Shown here piece by piece: positions 1-13,155 of a stretch of 64,000 nucleotides of DNA. The translations under genes and the position numbers were made by a program. Source of the stretch: Macrostomum hystrix (taxonomy: Eukaryota; Animalia; Platyhelminthes); the NCBI GenBank assembly GCA_950097015.1, contig CATNEN010000038.1, forward strand, positions 4,154,001-4,218,000. The letters are read 5' to 3'. The notes under the pieces are model-generated. The model did no database searches and had not been told where the DNA came from. It saw only the letters and a list, made by a program, of their open reading frames with translations. Numbering within the stretch: position 1 is the stretch's first letter; each line of letters opens with the position of its first letter.

Positions 1-725
1 AGCTTGCCACTGGATGCATCACCTGTTAGACAGCTGGTCTCTTGATGCGTAATCACCTGTTATATAGCTTGCCACTGGATGCATCACCTGTTAGACAGCT
101 GGTCTTTTGATGCGTAATCACCTGTTATATAGCTTGCCACTGGATGCATCACCTGTTAGACAGCTGGTCTCTTGATGCGTAATCACCTGTTATATAGCTT
201 GCCACTGGATGCATCACCTGTTAGACAGCTGGTCTCTTGATGCGTAATCACCTGTTATATAGCTTGCCACTGGATGCATCACCTGTTAGACAGCTGGTCT
301 CTTGATGCGTAATCACCTGTTATATAGCTTGCCACTGGATGCATCACCTGTTAGACAGCTGGTCTCTTGATGCGTAATCACCTGTTATATAGCTTGCCAC
401 TGGATGCATCACCTGTTAGACAGCTGGTCTCTTGATGCGTAATCACCTGTTATATAGCTTGCCACTGGATGCATCACCTGTTAGACAGCTGGTCTCTTGA
501 TGCGTAATCACCTGTTATATAGCTTGCCACTGGATGCATCACCTGTTAGACAGCTGGTCTCTTGATGCGTAATCACCTGTTATATAGCTTGCCACTGGAT
601 GCATCACCTGTTAGACAGCTGGTCTCTTGATACGTAATTACCTGTTAGACAGCTGGTCTCTTGATACGTAATCACCTGTTATATAGTTCGCCACTGGATG
701 CGTCACCTGCTAGTAGACAGCTGGT
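1..725. repeat. 65-bp tandem minisatellite (~11 copies, truncated by window start)
   Basis: Unit AGCTTGCCACTGGATGCATCACCTGTTAGACAGCTGGTCTCTTGATGCGTAATCACCTGTTATAT repeats almost perfectly, degenerating after ~630. Confidence 0.95.
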
Positions 726-1521
726 CTCCAGACCCCATTTTCTAGTGTCTACTTGTTTGCCAGTCAGCGCAAATAGTATTTTTGGTGCGACTAGAGTATT
801 CTTATAAATTTTTGGCTCATTCGTAATGATTATCTGGCTCTAATTTTGTTTTCTTACGGCAGCCACATTAGATGATTATTTGTATCGAGTAAACTCAGGT
901 TTTTTAGTTTATGATGTTTTAGTGAACCCAATTTTATATCTAAATGTTTAATCATCAGGTTAATTAGCTCTTTGTAGAGTTTTTCTGCCGCGTGTGACAT
1001 GCAAATAACATTTTCAGGTCTTACATTAGCAGCCCTGTGGTGATAGGCCGTTTCTCTAGCTGTTCTCTCTCGAAAATGGTTTGGTTTGCAAAGTTTATAA
1101 ATACACAGTGCTACAACAACAGGTTTTTAGGCATTTCACCCGTATCTTGTACGCACTGCTTTTTAACTCTCATAGAGTATATATTTTTAGCTGCATTATC
1201 GCTTCTCTGCTTTTCCTGCCTCTCCGCATTTGGCCTCACTAACTCAACTCTCACTAATTTTCTCTGGCTTCTTCATTCGGATTTCTCGCACATGTATAAA
1301 TAAGTTTAGACGATTCGAATCTGCTTAAAGAAGACTGTCTAGAGAGGGAAACACGACTGAAGAGCTGCTTGCCTTCGACTGCGACTTCGAACTCGCTGGT
1401 TCTGCATCGAATTCGGACGAAACTAGGAGCGGAGCTTTTGATGCATAATAAGGAGACTTCTAAGGCGCTTTTTTAAGCGAAAAAAATATTCTATCATACC
1501 GCTATATCATCACATACATGC

Positions 1522-3406
1522 ATGGTGTCATCCAGATCAGTAGCTTCTGTTCGCCTGCGTGTAGGGATCCGCTTGGAGCTGCGGATGTTGCAGTTGCTGC
1601 TAGTGTTGCTGACCTCGCAGCTGGCATCGAGCAGCCGATATTTGCAGCAACAACAGTCCGTGATCTCCGACGGTCTCAATGATGCCGTGTTCAACGACCC
1701 GACAGATCTGGCCAGCTCCGGTTGTCACCGAGCTGTGGACGAACATGGCGTTGTTCGCTTCCTCGTGCTCGACGCCGGCTCTACTGGTACTCGAGCGGTG
1801 CTGCATCAGTTTCAAGTTGAGAGGCTGAAATCCTCCGCCGAAACGGTACATGGGCCGTTGCTTCAATATCGACACCTGAATCTCATTCGGTTCATCAGAA
1901 GGCCGGGCCTGTCGGCTTTTCGAAACTTTCCCGAGCGATGCCGCAGTCAAGTGAAGTTGCTGTTAGCGGAGGCGTCGGCTGCCGTGCCACCCGGTCAGCG
2001 TGGCCTGACCTGCGTTGCTCTCCGGGCCACGGCTGGGCTGCGCCTACTGGACTTCAGGCCAAGACACCGAATTCTAAAAGCTGTGGGCGACGCGCTGGCT
2101 GGCTCTGCTGAGTTTCTGGCACCGGACATCGACGCGGCGAAGGTGCTGACTGGCCGGGAGGAGGCCAGGTTCGCCTGGTTGTCAGTGAACTACATCCTGG
2201 GAAGATTTGAGAACAGCGCTGAGAAGAGTCTGGCAACCGCGTCTTTGCTGGAGATGGGCGGCGGATCCACGCAGGTGAAAAAGATCCGACTGCTTGATTG
2301 ACATTGCTCTAACGGCTCTTTCAGAGGCCTTTAGACTAGAAATTACAGTGCTGTCAAGTCTAAGCCATGCATTTTCTTGCGTCATTTAAACGCTAACGCA
2401 CACAACAGGAATGAGGGCCCGATTGGGTAAGAAAAATAAACGAAACAAACTCGCGGACATCACTGACAACGAATATCGATAATTTGAGTGTAACTCTTCA
2501 TTTACTCATCCCTGGGTAACATTTTAGAGATGATGTGGGTTAGAGATGATCTCAGATTAATCTCAGTTTTTAATTCCATGATTTATTTGATCCCAGGTGG
2601 CATATGAAGCCGCAGATGGCGAGCTCTCGGCGCTCCCACCGACATCAGCGTCAGCGATCTCAGGTGCGTCTCGCAGACGTCGCCGACTACGCGCTCGCAG
2701 CTACCTCGGACTGGGCATTCAAGAGTCTGTTCTGCGCTTTGTTGGCTTCCAAGGCGACAGTGTCGACTCTGACGGCACCTCCAGTGGGAGAGTGTACAGC
2801 AGTCAATGCGTTGCCAGCAATCTGACACTGAATTTCAGCTTCGGACCGATCAACGTGAAGCTGCGCGGTCTCTCAAGAGACTCAAATTCTGCCGCGTCCA
2901 AGGAATGCCTGGCCCAAGCCGGCGGTCTGATGAAAAACCTGAGCGTCGACCGCGAGCTCGGCCTCTCCAAAAAAGGACCTCTATATGTTGTTTCTGGCGC
3001 GTACCACTTGCTTAAATTCTTGCGCACGTTCGGGGGCCAGGATGTCAGCTACAGCCATGCCGCCTGTTCAAATGCATCCCAAGGCGAACTGTGCAAATCC
3101 TACGCGACCACAGTGGGATTCATTGCGAGCAGGGCCGAGTTACTGTGCCGAAATCCGCCCGAGCACGGCCTGTACGAGCCCTACTACTGCATCAACATGG
3201 CCGTGCTCTCCGCCCTGCTGAACAGCTTCAACCTGGAGGACGAGGCGGCAGTGATTGGCCTCGGTGGCAGCCATTCTCTGGGCTGGACCCTCGGATTCAG
3301 TTGGGACGCACTGATGCGATCGGTGGACGCGTCGTCTGCCGCTGCGTGCGGACTGCACAGGTCCTGGCTGCTGTTGCCGCCGCTGCTGCTGCTGCTGCTT
3401 CGCTAG
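1522..3406 (+). CDS. GDA1/CD39-family ectonucleoside triphosphate diphosphohydrolase (NTPDase5/6-like apyrase), 2 exons
   Basis: Exons 1522(or ATG 1585)-2274 and 2597-3406, GT-AG intron joins GGSTQ|VAY. Apyrase conserved regions: LDAGSTGTR, ATAGLR, GREEARFAWLSVNY, EMGGGSTQ, GWTLG. Signal-peptide-like MLQLLLVLLTSQLASS; hydrophobic C-tail. Confidence 0.9.
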
Positions 3407-4155
3407 ATGTTTTACTAGGGCTCATGTGGAATTCAACAGTTCAAGCCAACCGCAATGTACTTAAGTCAGAGTAGCGAGGCGCCTTTTTGTTTAAATTTGG
3501 AGCAATTACGGAGAAATAAATGCAAAACAAGAGTGTCTGTCTGAGTGTCTGTCTGTCTGTCTGTATGTCTGTTATGATTTTTTCTGTTTTCATTTGCAAT
3601 GTTTAGTTGTAGTTTATTGTTTATTTTTTTACTTTAGAACTAAAAAATAGGAACTATTCAGAAAAATATCAGATTTTCTTGGCAGATGGACAACTAAAGT
3701 GCAATTTAAAACAAGCGAAACAAATAACTTTCGTGCATTTGTGGGTTTTAAGATTTAGCTCTTAGAAGAAGTTTAGTCAGTGCAGCGGGTTTAACAGTAC
3801 TGGCGTTGACGTAATTCGCATTGTCCCCTGTCATTGTATGACATAGCTGAAAGTTTACTAGAATAATGGCACACTGAGTGCTTGCATGCACGGCGAGCTC
3901 CTAAGTGAACAAGAGACAAAAAGCAATAGAGCCGTGCGATGCAGAAATTTCAATGCAATAGAAGCAGTTAGGAGGGAGATAGGAAATTAGGAAAATATTT
4001 TTATAGCGACGTTCAAAAAATTCAATTGCACTCAGGCCCCTTATAAATTGTAACTTTTTCATTCTAGAAGATACAGGTGACGGGCGGCCACAATGCGATG
4101 CTATTCCTGGAGAGATCTACTGTATCTGTATGGTTTATGGACAGGCCTGAAGTCC

Positions 4156-4410
4156 TGTGTCAAATCTCTCCCGTGTCAAATCTCTACTGTGTCAAATCTC
4201 TCCCGTGTCAAATCTCTCCCGTGTCAAATCTCTACTGTGTCAAATCTCTCCCGTGTCAAATCTCTACTGTGTCAAATCTCTCCCGTGTCAAATCTCTACT
4301 GTGTCAAATCTCTCCCGTGTCAAATCTCTCCCGTGTCAAATCTCTCCCGTGTCAAATCTCCACTGTGTCAAATCTCTCCCGTGTCAAATCTCTCCCGTGT
4401 CAAATCTCCC
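4156..4410. repeat. 16-bp tandem minisatellite
   Basis: Unit GTGTCAAATCTCTCCC / GTGTCAAATCTCTACT, ~16 copies. Confidence 0.95.
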
Positions 4411-5735
4411 TACTACGCACGGCCTACTACGCACTGCGCTCTAGCACCTCCAAACCAACTGGCATTGCGGCTCAGACCAGGACCGCCGGGATAATTGTAC
4501 ATGCATCCGACAGCCGACGCATTCCACCCAGCTCCTGGGCCACCGCAGTTGTCATAATAGGCATCTGAGTACCCCCGGAAGGCACCTGTCTGACCAGGCA
4601 GTCCTTAGACTCCACCGATGCCAATGTAGGTGGTTGGTGGGATGCAGCTGGTGCCGTTGGTGTCACCATTGCCATCCACTCCTGAAATTATTCGCAAAAG
4701 CCTTGGGCTCAAATCACACTCTAAAAGGTCGAACCGGCTGCTCGTCTAGTGTACAGCAAAAATGCAAGCAAAAGCTTAATTGTCTTTCTCAGCTTTGTAA
4801 ACCTGCGCAGATCTGCAGTTAGCATAGATTTACCCAAGACGGATGATGCTCCACCGCCGCCACCGGCTGCCAGTAGCAGCTGCGGACCGCCTGTGCCGCT
4901 GATGGACACGAAGCTCCCGCCGCCGCCGCCGCCTCCGCCATAGCCGCAGGTCGCAGTGCCGCCCGCTTGGCCGACGACAATCTCCAGTCGGGTCCCGGCC
5001 GAGAGCTGGAAGCTGCCAGCGGCAGAGGCGCCTTTCCCGCCCGGATACGATGCCGACCGACCACCGCCAGCTCCGAAGGCTTGGATTCTGTAGCAGCCGG
5101 TTATGTTGATGGTGACGTTCTGGACAACACCGAAGCGGCCAGTGCTGCTGTCTGCAACAAATTCGCAGAGATTTATTTTGCAAAGCGATGCTGAGCGAGG
5201 TTCAGTGGAGCAAAACTGATTTTCCAACTCACTTCTGAGCTCGAGGCTCCGAATCGACGCAACCCGACTGCGCAGCTGCTGCTCAAACTCGTCCGCCTTC
5301 CACACCCTCATGGAAGCATCAGACAGCGAGCCCAGCTGTCGCGTCACGTGAGTGTCGTTCGGGAATACCAGCCCCGATGACTCATCGTTGATGACGAGCA
5401 GCTGGCAGAAGCTGCTGCTGTCATTCACGACCGCGATGGCGCAGTCTCTCTTCTCGCACTAGGTCAGGCACTCGGCGTCAGACCGGAAGCCGGACTCATT
5501 GAAGAGGCTGGTGCTCACCGAGGCATCGATCACTGCCAGCCTGTTCGACACGATTTCGAACTCCCGACCGTCCGTCACTAAAGTTTGGCGGAGTTTTACA
5601 GCTGGATCGATGTTTTTATAGATGCTAACGGGGCAGGACCCACGTGTAACATACGAGCACATCTTGAAAACTGATGGTCTCATACTCACCGATCGCTGGA
5701 GCGAGCAAGAAAGCTAAAAATGTTGCTAGCAGCAT
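4411..5735 (-). pseudogene. Secreted PAN/apple-like + ALK/LTK-type glycine-rich domain protein, disrupted by two in-frame stops
   Basis: Exon1 5735-5690 (MLLATFLAFLLAPAI signal), exon2 5577-4834, exon3 4681-~4411, with phase-1 GT-AG introns. PAN-like CLT*CEKRDCAIAVVNDSSSFCQL; Gly-rich YRIQAFGAGGG...GGKGA...LEIVVGQAGG...GGGGGSFV...LLAAGGGGGA. TAG at 5461-5459 and TAA at 4607-4605 are in frame. Confidence 0.7.
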
Positions 5736-6808
5736 TTGATAATTTGAATTTGTAGCAAAATGGTAGCGAATCGACTCAGCTGTATAGTGCACAAAGACAC
5801 TCACTAATAAGAGCCTGTAGGACAATGAGAGAGACAGGGGCCAGGAACAGCTTCCAGTTTTATGAGGCTTAATACTCAATCGTAGCCTTTTTAGAGAGAA
5901 CTGTTGCCATGACGATGAATAGAAATGTTTAAATAAAGTATTGCTTTTTAAAACCACTCTATCGTTTCTCACGATCTAATCTTGTCAATTTTTTATTGCA
6001 ACTTTTCATTAATATATGCTAATCTTTATTGTCTGTCTGTCACTTCAATAATTACAATTTACATTTCATGTGGGAGGTCATTTAAGCTGATTAGGAGAAT
6101 GTCTTCAAAATTATACTCTATTGATTGATTTGAAACACCTGTCAATTGCCTGAAACCATTCAGAGACCAGAAGTTGCAATTGATTATCGGATCGCTCAAT
6201 CGTTTATCTACCCGCAGACCTACGTGCTTGAAGGCAAACACTTTATTACTTTAATTAAGCATTGTTTAAACAGCTTAATGGTGCAAAAAAATCATTTCCA
6301 CGTTCAAGTAGTGGCAGTAGAAAATTTCCGAGAACCAGAGTCATTTTAGTTGACTTTGACGCACAGACAGTTTTACTTTTACTTCTTGTTAGACTTGTTC
6401 TTCCGGCTTCCTTCAGCCTTCAGCCAATGGCCTGTGTGTTGTATTTTTTTAGTGAATTACATTAACATGAGTACCATTCGTAGTTTGGGGGCTGTGAGCA
6501 GAGCATCTCACCTGTACAGTAAGGTACAGTTTGGAGGCTGTGAGCAGAGCATCTCACCTGCTCAGTAAAGTACAGTTTGGAGGCTGTGAGCAGAGCATCT
6601 CAAGAATCGATTTTATTGCAACAGAACTCCCACCTCAGTTTGACCTTTTCTATTGGTTGCGAGCGCATTAATATACGGTCACGCGACTTTCGCTGGACTC
6701 ATTTCTGCTAGTATTTAGTTGGCTGAAGCAGAAAATCTCCTGCCCTTGTCGTGAATTAACTAAACTTTTACTCATCGAAGTCTACTAAATCAACAAATTC
6801 ATAATTCA

Positions 6809-8029
6809 ATGCCTATGCCAAAGAAATACGGCCAAATACTGCTCATCGTCTCGTTGATTTCAATCATCATAGGAGCGTACTTGTTTCTCGAAAAGGAACA
6901 ATATCCTAAACAGGGAGCAGCGATCCCGCATCCGATCTCTGATGAATCGGAACCAATGCGAATTTCCCTTGATTCGGCATCGAATGACGCTGAGATTAAG
7001 TTGACGCAATCCGAGCAACTGCCGACGCTAACCGACGTTATCAATTACACCGAATGCACTGCAATTAATGAGCTGCGCGATGTCGACTTTACGGATCCCA
7101 GACTGCAGTCCCGACTGTGCCAGGAGTCGCCAGTCTACACTCTGGTGCGCGGCAAGTTTCCGCTCTGTGAGCTGACTAGAAACCTGCCGGAGGCGCTGTA
7201 CAGGCGCGTGAGAAGAGGTGCCAAAGTCGCGCAAGTACGTCGCGTTACTGGGCCCGGATTCGTACAGATGTTCACGTTCGACAGATCCGACCTGATCTCG
7301 CGCAACCTGCTGGACAATCACGCCTGGGAAGCCGAGCAGATTTCGCGAATGATAAGTTTGTTGAAGAAGTTCTCGCCGGATTCTGTGACCTTTCTGGACG
7401 TTGGCAGCAACCTGGGCGCCTACAGCATCCAAGCCAGGCTCGAGGGCTTCCCGGTAGTTGCGGTCGACGCCAACATTAGGACGTTGGTCCGGCTGCAGCT
7501 GACTGGCAAGAACCTCAATCTGCTTGACGACAAGCTGAAGCTGTTCTGGTCCTTCATCAGCGACGAAGTGGCTCTGAAGCGGATGAGCTGGTCGGACTGG
7601 TTGGACTGCAACGCGGGCAGTGCTTCAGGAGGCACCCACGCCTGGCAGAAGCCGTCCCAGGCGACCATCGAAGACACCATTCCAGTGATGACAGTCCGCG
7701 CTGATGAGCTGGCTGCGCACATCGCTACAAAAAATATCATCATGAAGATGGATATCGAGTCGGGCGAGCATCTGTTTATGAAAACTGGCGGCCAGTTGTT
7801 TAGCCAGTTTAACATCATGGCTCTGCAGATGGAGTTCTGGCGAAAGCTGGGCGAACCGCCTCAGGTTTCGCCCTATTACACGTTCGTGACAAGCTTCATG
7901 ACAGCCAGGAACTATTCGCTGCTGACTCTCGAGGACTACCGAGTGCAGAATACTTTAACATTTCGCGACTGGGACGGCATCTGGATCAGGAATGACTTTC
8001 TGAGCAAGGCCACATCGGCAAATATCTGA
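6809..8029 (+). CDS. FkbM-family (Methyltransf_21) SAM-dependent methyltransferase with N-terminal membrane anchor, intronless
   Basis: 406-aa ORF; TM ILLIVSLISIIIGAYLFL; FLDVGSNLGAYS, VVAVDAN, IMKMDIESGE, LQMEF motifs; AATAAA at ~8103. Confidence 0.85.
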   Translation: MPMPKKYGQILLIVSLISIIIGAYLFLEKEQYPKQGAAIPHPISDESEPMRISLDSASNDAEIKLTQSEQLPTLTDVINYTECTAINELRDVDFTDPRLQSRLCQESPVYTLVRGKFPLCELTRNLPEALYRRVRRGAKVAQVRRVTGPGFVQMFTFDRSDLISRNLLDNHAWEAEQISRMISLLKKFSPDSVTFLDVGSNLGAYSIQARLEGFPVVAVDANIRTLVRLQLTGKNLNLLDDKLKLFWSFISDEVALKRMSWSDWLDCNAGSASGGTHAWQKPSQATIEDTIPVMTVRADELAAHIATKNIIMKMDIESGEHLFMKTGGQLFSQFNIMALQMEFWRKLGEPPQVSPYYTFVTSFMTARNYSLLTLEDYRVQNTLTFRDWDGIWIRNDFLSKATSANI

Positions 8030-9459
8030 GCTTGATTTACCTATTGTTCTAAGCGATTCATGTGCTTAAAACTTCTCCACTGCTATAATAATTTGTGCAT
8101 TAAATAAAAGCTCTCTGCATGGACTTTGAAAATTGATCATAGGCAGATGATCTAATCAATGGCCCCTCAATATGAATAAAAATTCATATTGTAAATGTTT
8201 TTAACTCAATTTTCAATATTCAAAATATAATACATTTTACATAGACTCAAGGTTTTTTGCGCAGGAAGTCCTGACTGCAGTATGTGCAGTTTGAGACTGG
8301 TCATCACTTCCTTACGCTTCAAGTCTGAAGTAAATAATTTGTTTCACTTGCCTGTGCTTTTTATCGACATATTTTACGGCATTTTAATTAGACAGATTCA
8401 TTGCTGTGTAATTTGACCGCGCCATTCAAACGTTTTATTTTAAAATCAATTTGCTACGTTTAAGTTCAAAGTTAAGTGCTTCAAGAAAAAAAGGTGAAAT
8501 TGCTTGCTAGACAGAATTATCGAGTTTATATTTAATATAATACACCGTTTCAACTAAATTTAGTAAGGCGTATTCTACTCCATGTCCACGTGGTTCGGCG
8601 TGCTTTCAAACTCATGAAATGATCAGTCTATTAGGCCCTATTATTGCACGAGCGATCGATCGATTTAGTCACAGTCAGGAATGACTGAATGTTGGCCTTA
8701 TTAATTTCTTGTTATTTATATCAAATATAGGCCTATCCTAGTTAAAAGCTACTATTCTCATACTGCAAAATAATTTGTTCCTAAGTTCTTCTATTCTGTT
8801 CCTTTTGAACTTCTGCCTACTAGGCGCCTAGCCTATGCTGCCTATACAGTTTTGGCAGACAAATGTATAATTATGCAAGGTCTACTAGTCAACTTATGTA
8901 AAATAACATAAAAAGTAATAACATGGTAATGGTAGGCCTAGACCCTGGCCTTTTATTAAAAGTCTTTTATTTACCTACTTTGTACTTTAGAGTTTGGTGT
9001 TTATTCAAATGCCAAAATGCTTATCACAGAGCAAAGTTATTGTAATAGTTGTGCAAATAATTAAATGATTTATATACAAAGAAAGTTTATAGATCAAAAT
9101 AAGGTCTAGTTAGGGCCAATCACAGCTATAGGCTTATTCCAGGCTGTAGACCTCTAAAGTTGTGTAGCGCTCTTTTACAAAAGAGCTAGGTCTAGCTAGA
9201 TCATAGATGTAGCTGTTTCTACATCATAGATCATAGATCTAGAACAATATTAATAATTATAATATGGGGCCTATGCTGTTACATAATCTGAAAGTAACTT
9301 ATTTTGGCTATTATTTGAATAACATGATCTATGTAATAGGGCCTATGATATTGACTTCAATCATTAGGCCTGTCTATATAGAAAATAATTAGATAGGCCT
9401 TATTAGGCCAAAATACATAAATTTAAGTAAAACAGCAAAAAAGAAAAAAATCATCCATA

Positions 9460-10098
9460 GGGTAATGTATCATCAACCAAACAAGAATGTGTATTTTTTT
9501 AACTTCAAACCTAAGCTACAGATTTTTTATTTAAGATATGATGATAAATCAAAAGCCAAGTTATAGAAAACAGTTACATCTTTCTAAAAAGTATCTGCTT
9601 TTGCTATTTTGTCAAATAGAAAAAATTTATTCCTGCTTTTTATCTAAAACCGAACAATGATTTTCATGTATCTTCAAACCAAACAGAATTTGATGTTTGG
9701 TTTTAAAATTTGAGTGAGTGGTTTAATCTTATTTTAAGGAGTGAACTATCATAAATTATATCATTTGAAAGCATTTTTCATGCTCTATAAATAACTACAT
9801 TTATGGTCATTTAATTGGCAAGCAACCACATACAATCTTTGTCTAAAGTACATACTGAAAAAATGTTGTTAAAAAGTATGCTTTTGCAATAAAAATTCTA
9901 TTGAAACATCAATATCTTTCTTTCCTCTTAATGCTTCATTGCACATCATGCCTCAGCTTGTAGATAATTTCTTCAACTTTCAAATTAGTTGTTCTGTGAA
10001 ACACAATAGCTTGTTTCTGTCTTGCACAAGACCAAGGAACGAGTCAAAATTCTTGTTCGGTTTTGAAGATACACTGTTCGGTTGATGATACATTACCC
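9460..10098. mobile_element. MITE (Tc1/mariner-type, TA target), copy 1
   Basis: TIR GGGTAATGTATCATCAACC...GGTTGATGATACATTACCC flanked by TA on both sides; near-identical copy at 45727-46369. Confidence 0.9.
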
Positions 10099-11098
10099 TA
10101 TCCATTTGCCCCATGCTCTGGATCATGTAGTTAGTTATATGCCCAAAAGTTCTGATGTGCATTAGTTAGCTTAGGCCTAGCATTGCTTGCCCAATTTGGC
10201 ATGCATGACGCACAGTGCTAATTTGTGTATAGGGGTGTATGAAATATTTACTAGCCTAGCCAGAACCATTGAATATCTTAATGGTCTAAAAGGCTAGCAA
10301 CATGATTCTTGTTTCAGAAGATGCATAATAAAAATTTAGCCCTTGTTCTTGAGTTTTGTGTGCTTCAGAGCCTCAGAGGGGGAACCCCCCTTGGTAGTTC
10401 TACTGTTAATAATAACAAAGATAGTTAAATTATGAGTATAACATTTTATTGACTGCTGTCCTAAAGGCTGAGTTACCAAAATTGTACCTAGATACAGATA
10501 TGAGATTGTACAATAATTTCAAGTAGTTTTATTTTGGTAAAATATGATTTCTTAATTTTATAGTAATCAAGATTGATAACCTCATCCCATTTTTATTCAT
10601 ATCTGCTATGAACTACCTTAAGCTAATCATTTTCCCCCCGTTTTTTTTAACTAAACTTTTATGAAAAGCTTCATTTGTGTAAAAGTGAAAGCAGAAAAAT
10701 TAATTGCCTCTGCTTGTCTTCCTGAACATTCAATAGCTGAGAATATATTTGTTGAACTAAAGTACTTCAGGTTGTGTAAGCTTGTTTCAAATGTGCTTTA
10801 AACTATTTTAACTAGAATTAGGCCAGACACAGCCAATGGCATGGTTGCAGCTAATTGCTTGGGGCTTCCTAAGGCTGTGTACAGCTGTTTAGTCTGTGGA
10901 CTGAAGCTGGTAATTCAGTGTCCCGCTCAAGCACTCCAATTCTTTCCATTCGGTTTAGATTCGAAAAGTCCTAACCTGTCAGTCACCCTAACCACTGTAC
11001 TCTACACAAAGCAGAATGGTAGATTTGTTATAGTTTACTTAAATCTCAATCACGTTTATGCTTTGCAGATCGCATAAGACAATACAAAAAATATTATC

Positions 11099-11890
11099 AT
11101 GACTCACGACCAACTGCTGGACAATCAAGTTGAAGACAACGATGTGATGGATGTCTCGGCGCATTCTAGCATTTCAGTTCCAGCCGATCAGCAGGCTGAC
11201 ATTCCAGACGACTCCAATGAAGAGTTCTTGACAACGGCATCGGCCAGCCGCTTGCTGACTAGCCTGGCTCAGTTCAAAGACCGTTTGGATGCCTGCACTG
11301 CTGCCGCCGAAGCCGCCGTTCATTCTGTAGACGCGCTGGAGGCTCGGACTGTCAGCACCGCATCGACTCTGCAGACCAGCTCAGTCAGCAGCCTAGCCGA
11401 CCTGTCCAACGAGCTGGCGGCTGCCATTGAGGCTCGCGTGGCTGCCGGCCTGGAGAATCGCTGCTTGACGGAGCGCGTCAACTCGTTAAACAGTCACTGC
11501 GGCCGGCTGGCTGAACTGAAGGAGCGGCTACTGAATGACTCGGCCGATGCTGACAAAGATGAAGAGGCCAACTTAAAGCAGCTTGAGGCTCGGCTAGCGG
11601 CCTACACCAAACGACTTGGCGTTGACTTTCGCACTCTGAATAACAATCGATACCAGATTGTGTTTTACCTAGCCAGCCTCACCTTCGGCCTGGTGTTGAA
11701 AGGCTCGCAGGACTCAACTGCCAATCAGCTGGTGGTTGAGTCCTGCAGTCTGGACCGCTTCGCTGAGGAGAGCAACTTGTCCAGCCTGCTGGCGAAGCTC
11801 AACTCCAGCGATGGCACAGACTGGCAGGGATTTCTGCCCGCTCTGCGCCTGTCTGTGCTCAACTTTCTGACTGACAATGCAAACTTTTGA
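11099..11890 (+). CDS. SPC25: Kinetochore protein SPC25-like (NDC80 complex)
   Basis: 263 aa; coiled-coil N-half, then RWD-like C-domain YTKRLGVDFRTLNNNRYQIVF...TDWQGFLPALR resembling SPC25 (YKDRLGLEIRK..EKLQFIF...TNNFSAFLANVR, recalled); splice acceptor TTTGCAG at 11062-11068 upstream. Confidence 0.7.
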   Translation: MTHDQLLDNQVEDNDVMDVSAHSSISVPADQQADIPDDSNEEFLTTASASRLLTSLAQFKDRLDACTAAAEAAVHSVDALEARTVSTASTLQTSSVSSLADLSNELAAAIEARVAAGLENRCLTERVNSLNSHCGRLAELKERLLNDSADADKDEEANLKQLEARLAAYTKRLGVDFRTLNNNRYQIVFYLASLTFGLVLKGSQDSTANQLVVESCSLDRFAEESNLSSLLAKLNSSDGTDWQGFLPALRLSVLNFLTDNANF

Positions 11891-12030
11891 GGAGTCAGAC
11901 CTGCTCAGAAAATGTCATTTTTAATATAATTTGCTTTGTTTACAGTCCTTTGGTAGCTTAATTATTCAACCAATGGATTTATTTTTTCCCGTAGTGCCCT
12001 TCTCATTGAACCATTATCCGACCATCAGCG

Positions 12031-13155
12031 ACTGTACCATTATCCAACTAGTCAATCAGTTACTGTACCATTATCCAACTAGTCCATCAGTTACTGTACC
12101 ATTATCCAACTAGTCCATCAATTACTGTACCATTATCCAACTAGTCCATCAGTTACTGTACCATTATCCAACTAGTCCATCAGTTACTGTACCATTATCC
12201 AACTAGTCCATCAATTACTGTACCATTATCCAACTAGTCCATCAATTACTGTACCATTATCCAACTAGTCCATCAGTTACTGTACCATTATCCAACTAGT
12301 CCATCAGTTACTGTACCATTATCCAACTAGTCCATCAGTTACTGTACCATTATCCAACTAGTCCATCAGTTACTGTACCATTATCCAACTAGTCCATCAA
12401 TTACTGTACCATTATCCAACTAGTCCATCCGTTACTGTACCATTATCCAACTAGTCCATCAGTTACTGTACCAGTATCCAACTAGTCCATCAATTATTGT
12501 ACCATTATCCAACTAGTCCATCAATTATTGTACCATTATCCAACTAGTCCATCAGTTACTGTACCATTATCCAACTAGTCCATCAGTTACTGTACCATTA
12601 TCCAACTAGTCCATCAGTTACTGTACCATTATCCAACTAGTCCATCAATTATTGTACCATTATCCAACTAGTCCATCAGTTACTGTACCATTATCCAACT
12701 AGTCCATCCGTTACTGTACCATTATCCAACTAGTCCATCAGTTACTGTACCATTATCCAACTAGTCCATCAGTTACTGTACCATTATCCAACTAGTCCAT
12801 CAGTTACTGTACCATTATCCAACTAGTCCATCAGTTACTGTACCATTATCCAACTAGTCCATCAGTTACTGTACCATTATCCAACTAGTCCATCAGTTAC
12901 TGTACCATTATCCAACTAGTCCATCAGTTACTGTACCATTATCCAACTAGTCCATCAGTTACTGTACCATTATCCAACTAGTCCATCCGTTACTGTACCA
13001 TTATCCAACTAGTCCATCAGTTACTGTACCATTATCCAACTAGTCCATCAGTTACTGTACCATTATCCAACTAGTCCATCAGTTACTGTACCATTATCCA
13101 ACTAGTCCATCCGTTACTGTACCATTATCCAACTAGTCCATCCGTTACTGTACCA
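12031..13155. repeat. 31-bp tandem minisatellite (~36 copies)
   Basis: Unit ACTGTACCATTATCCAACTAGTCCATCAGTT. Confidence 0.95.
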
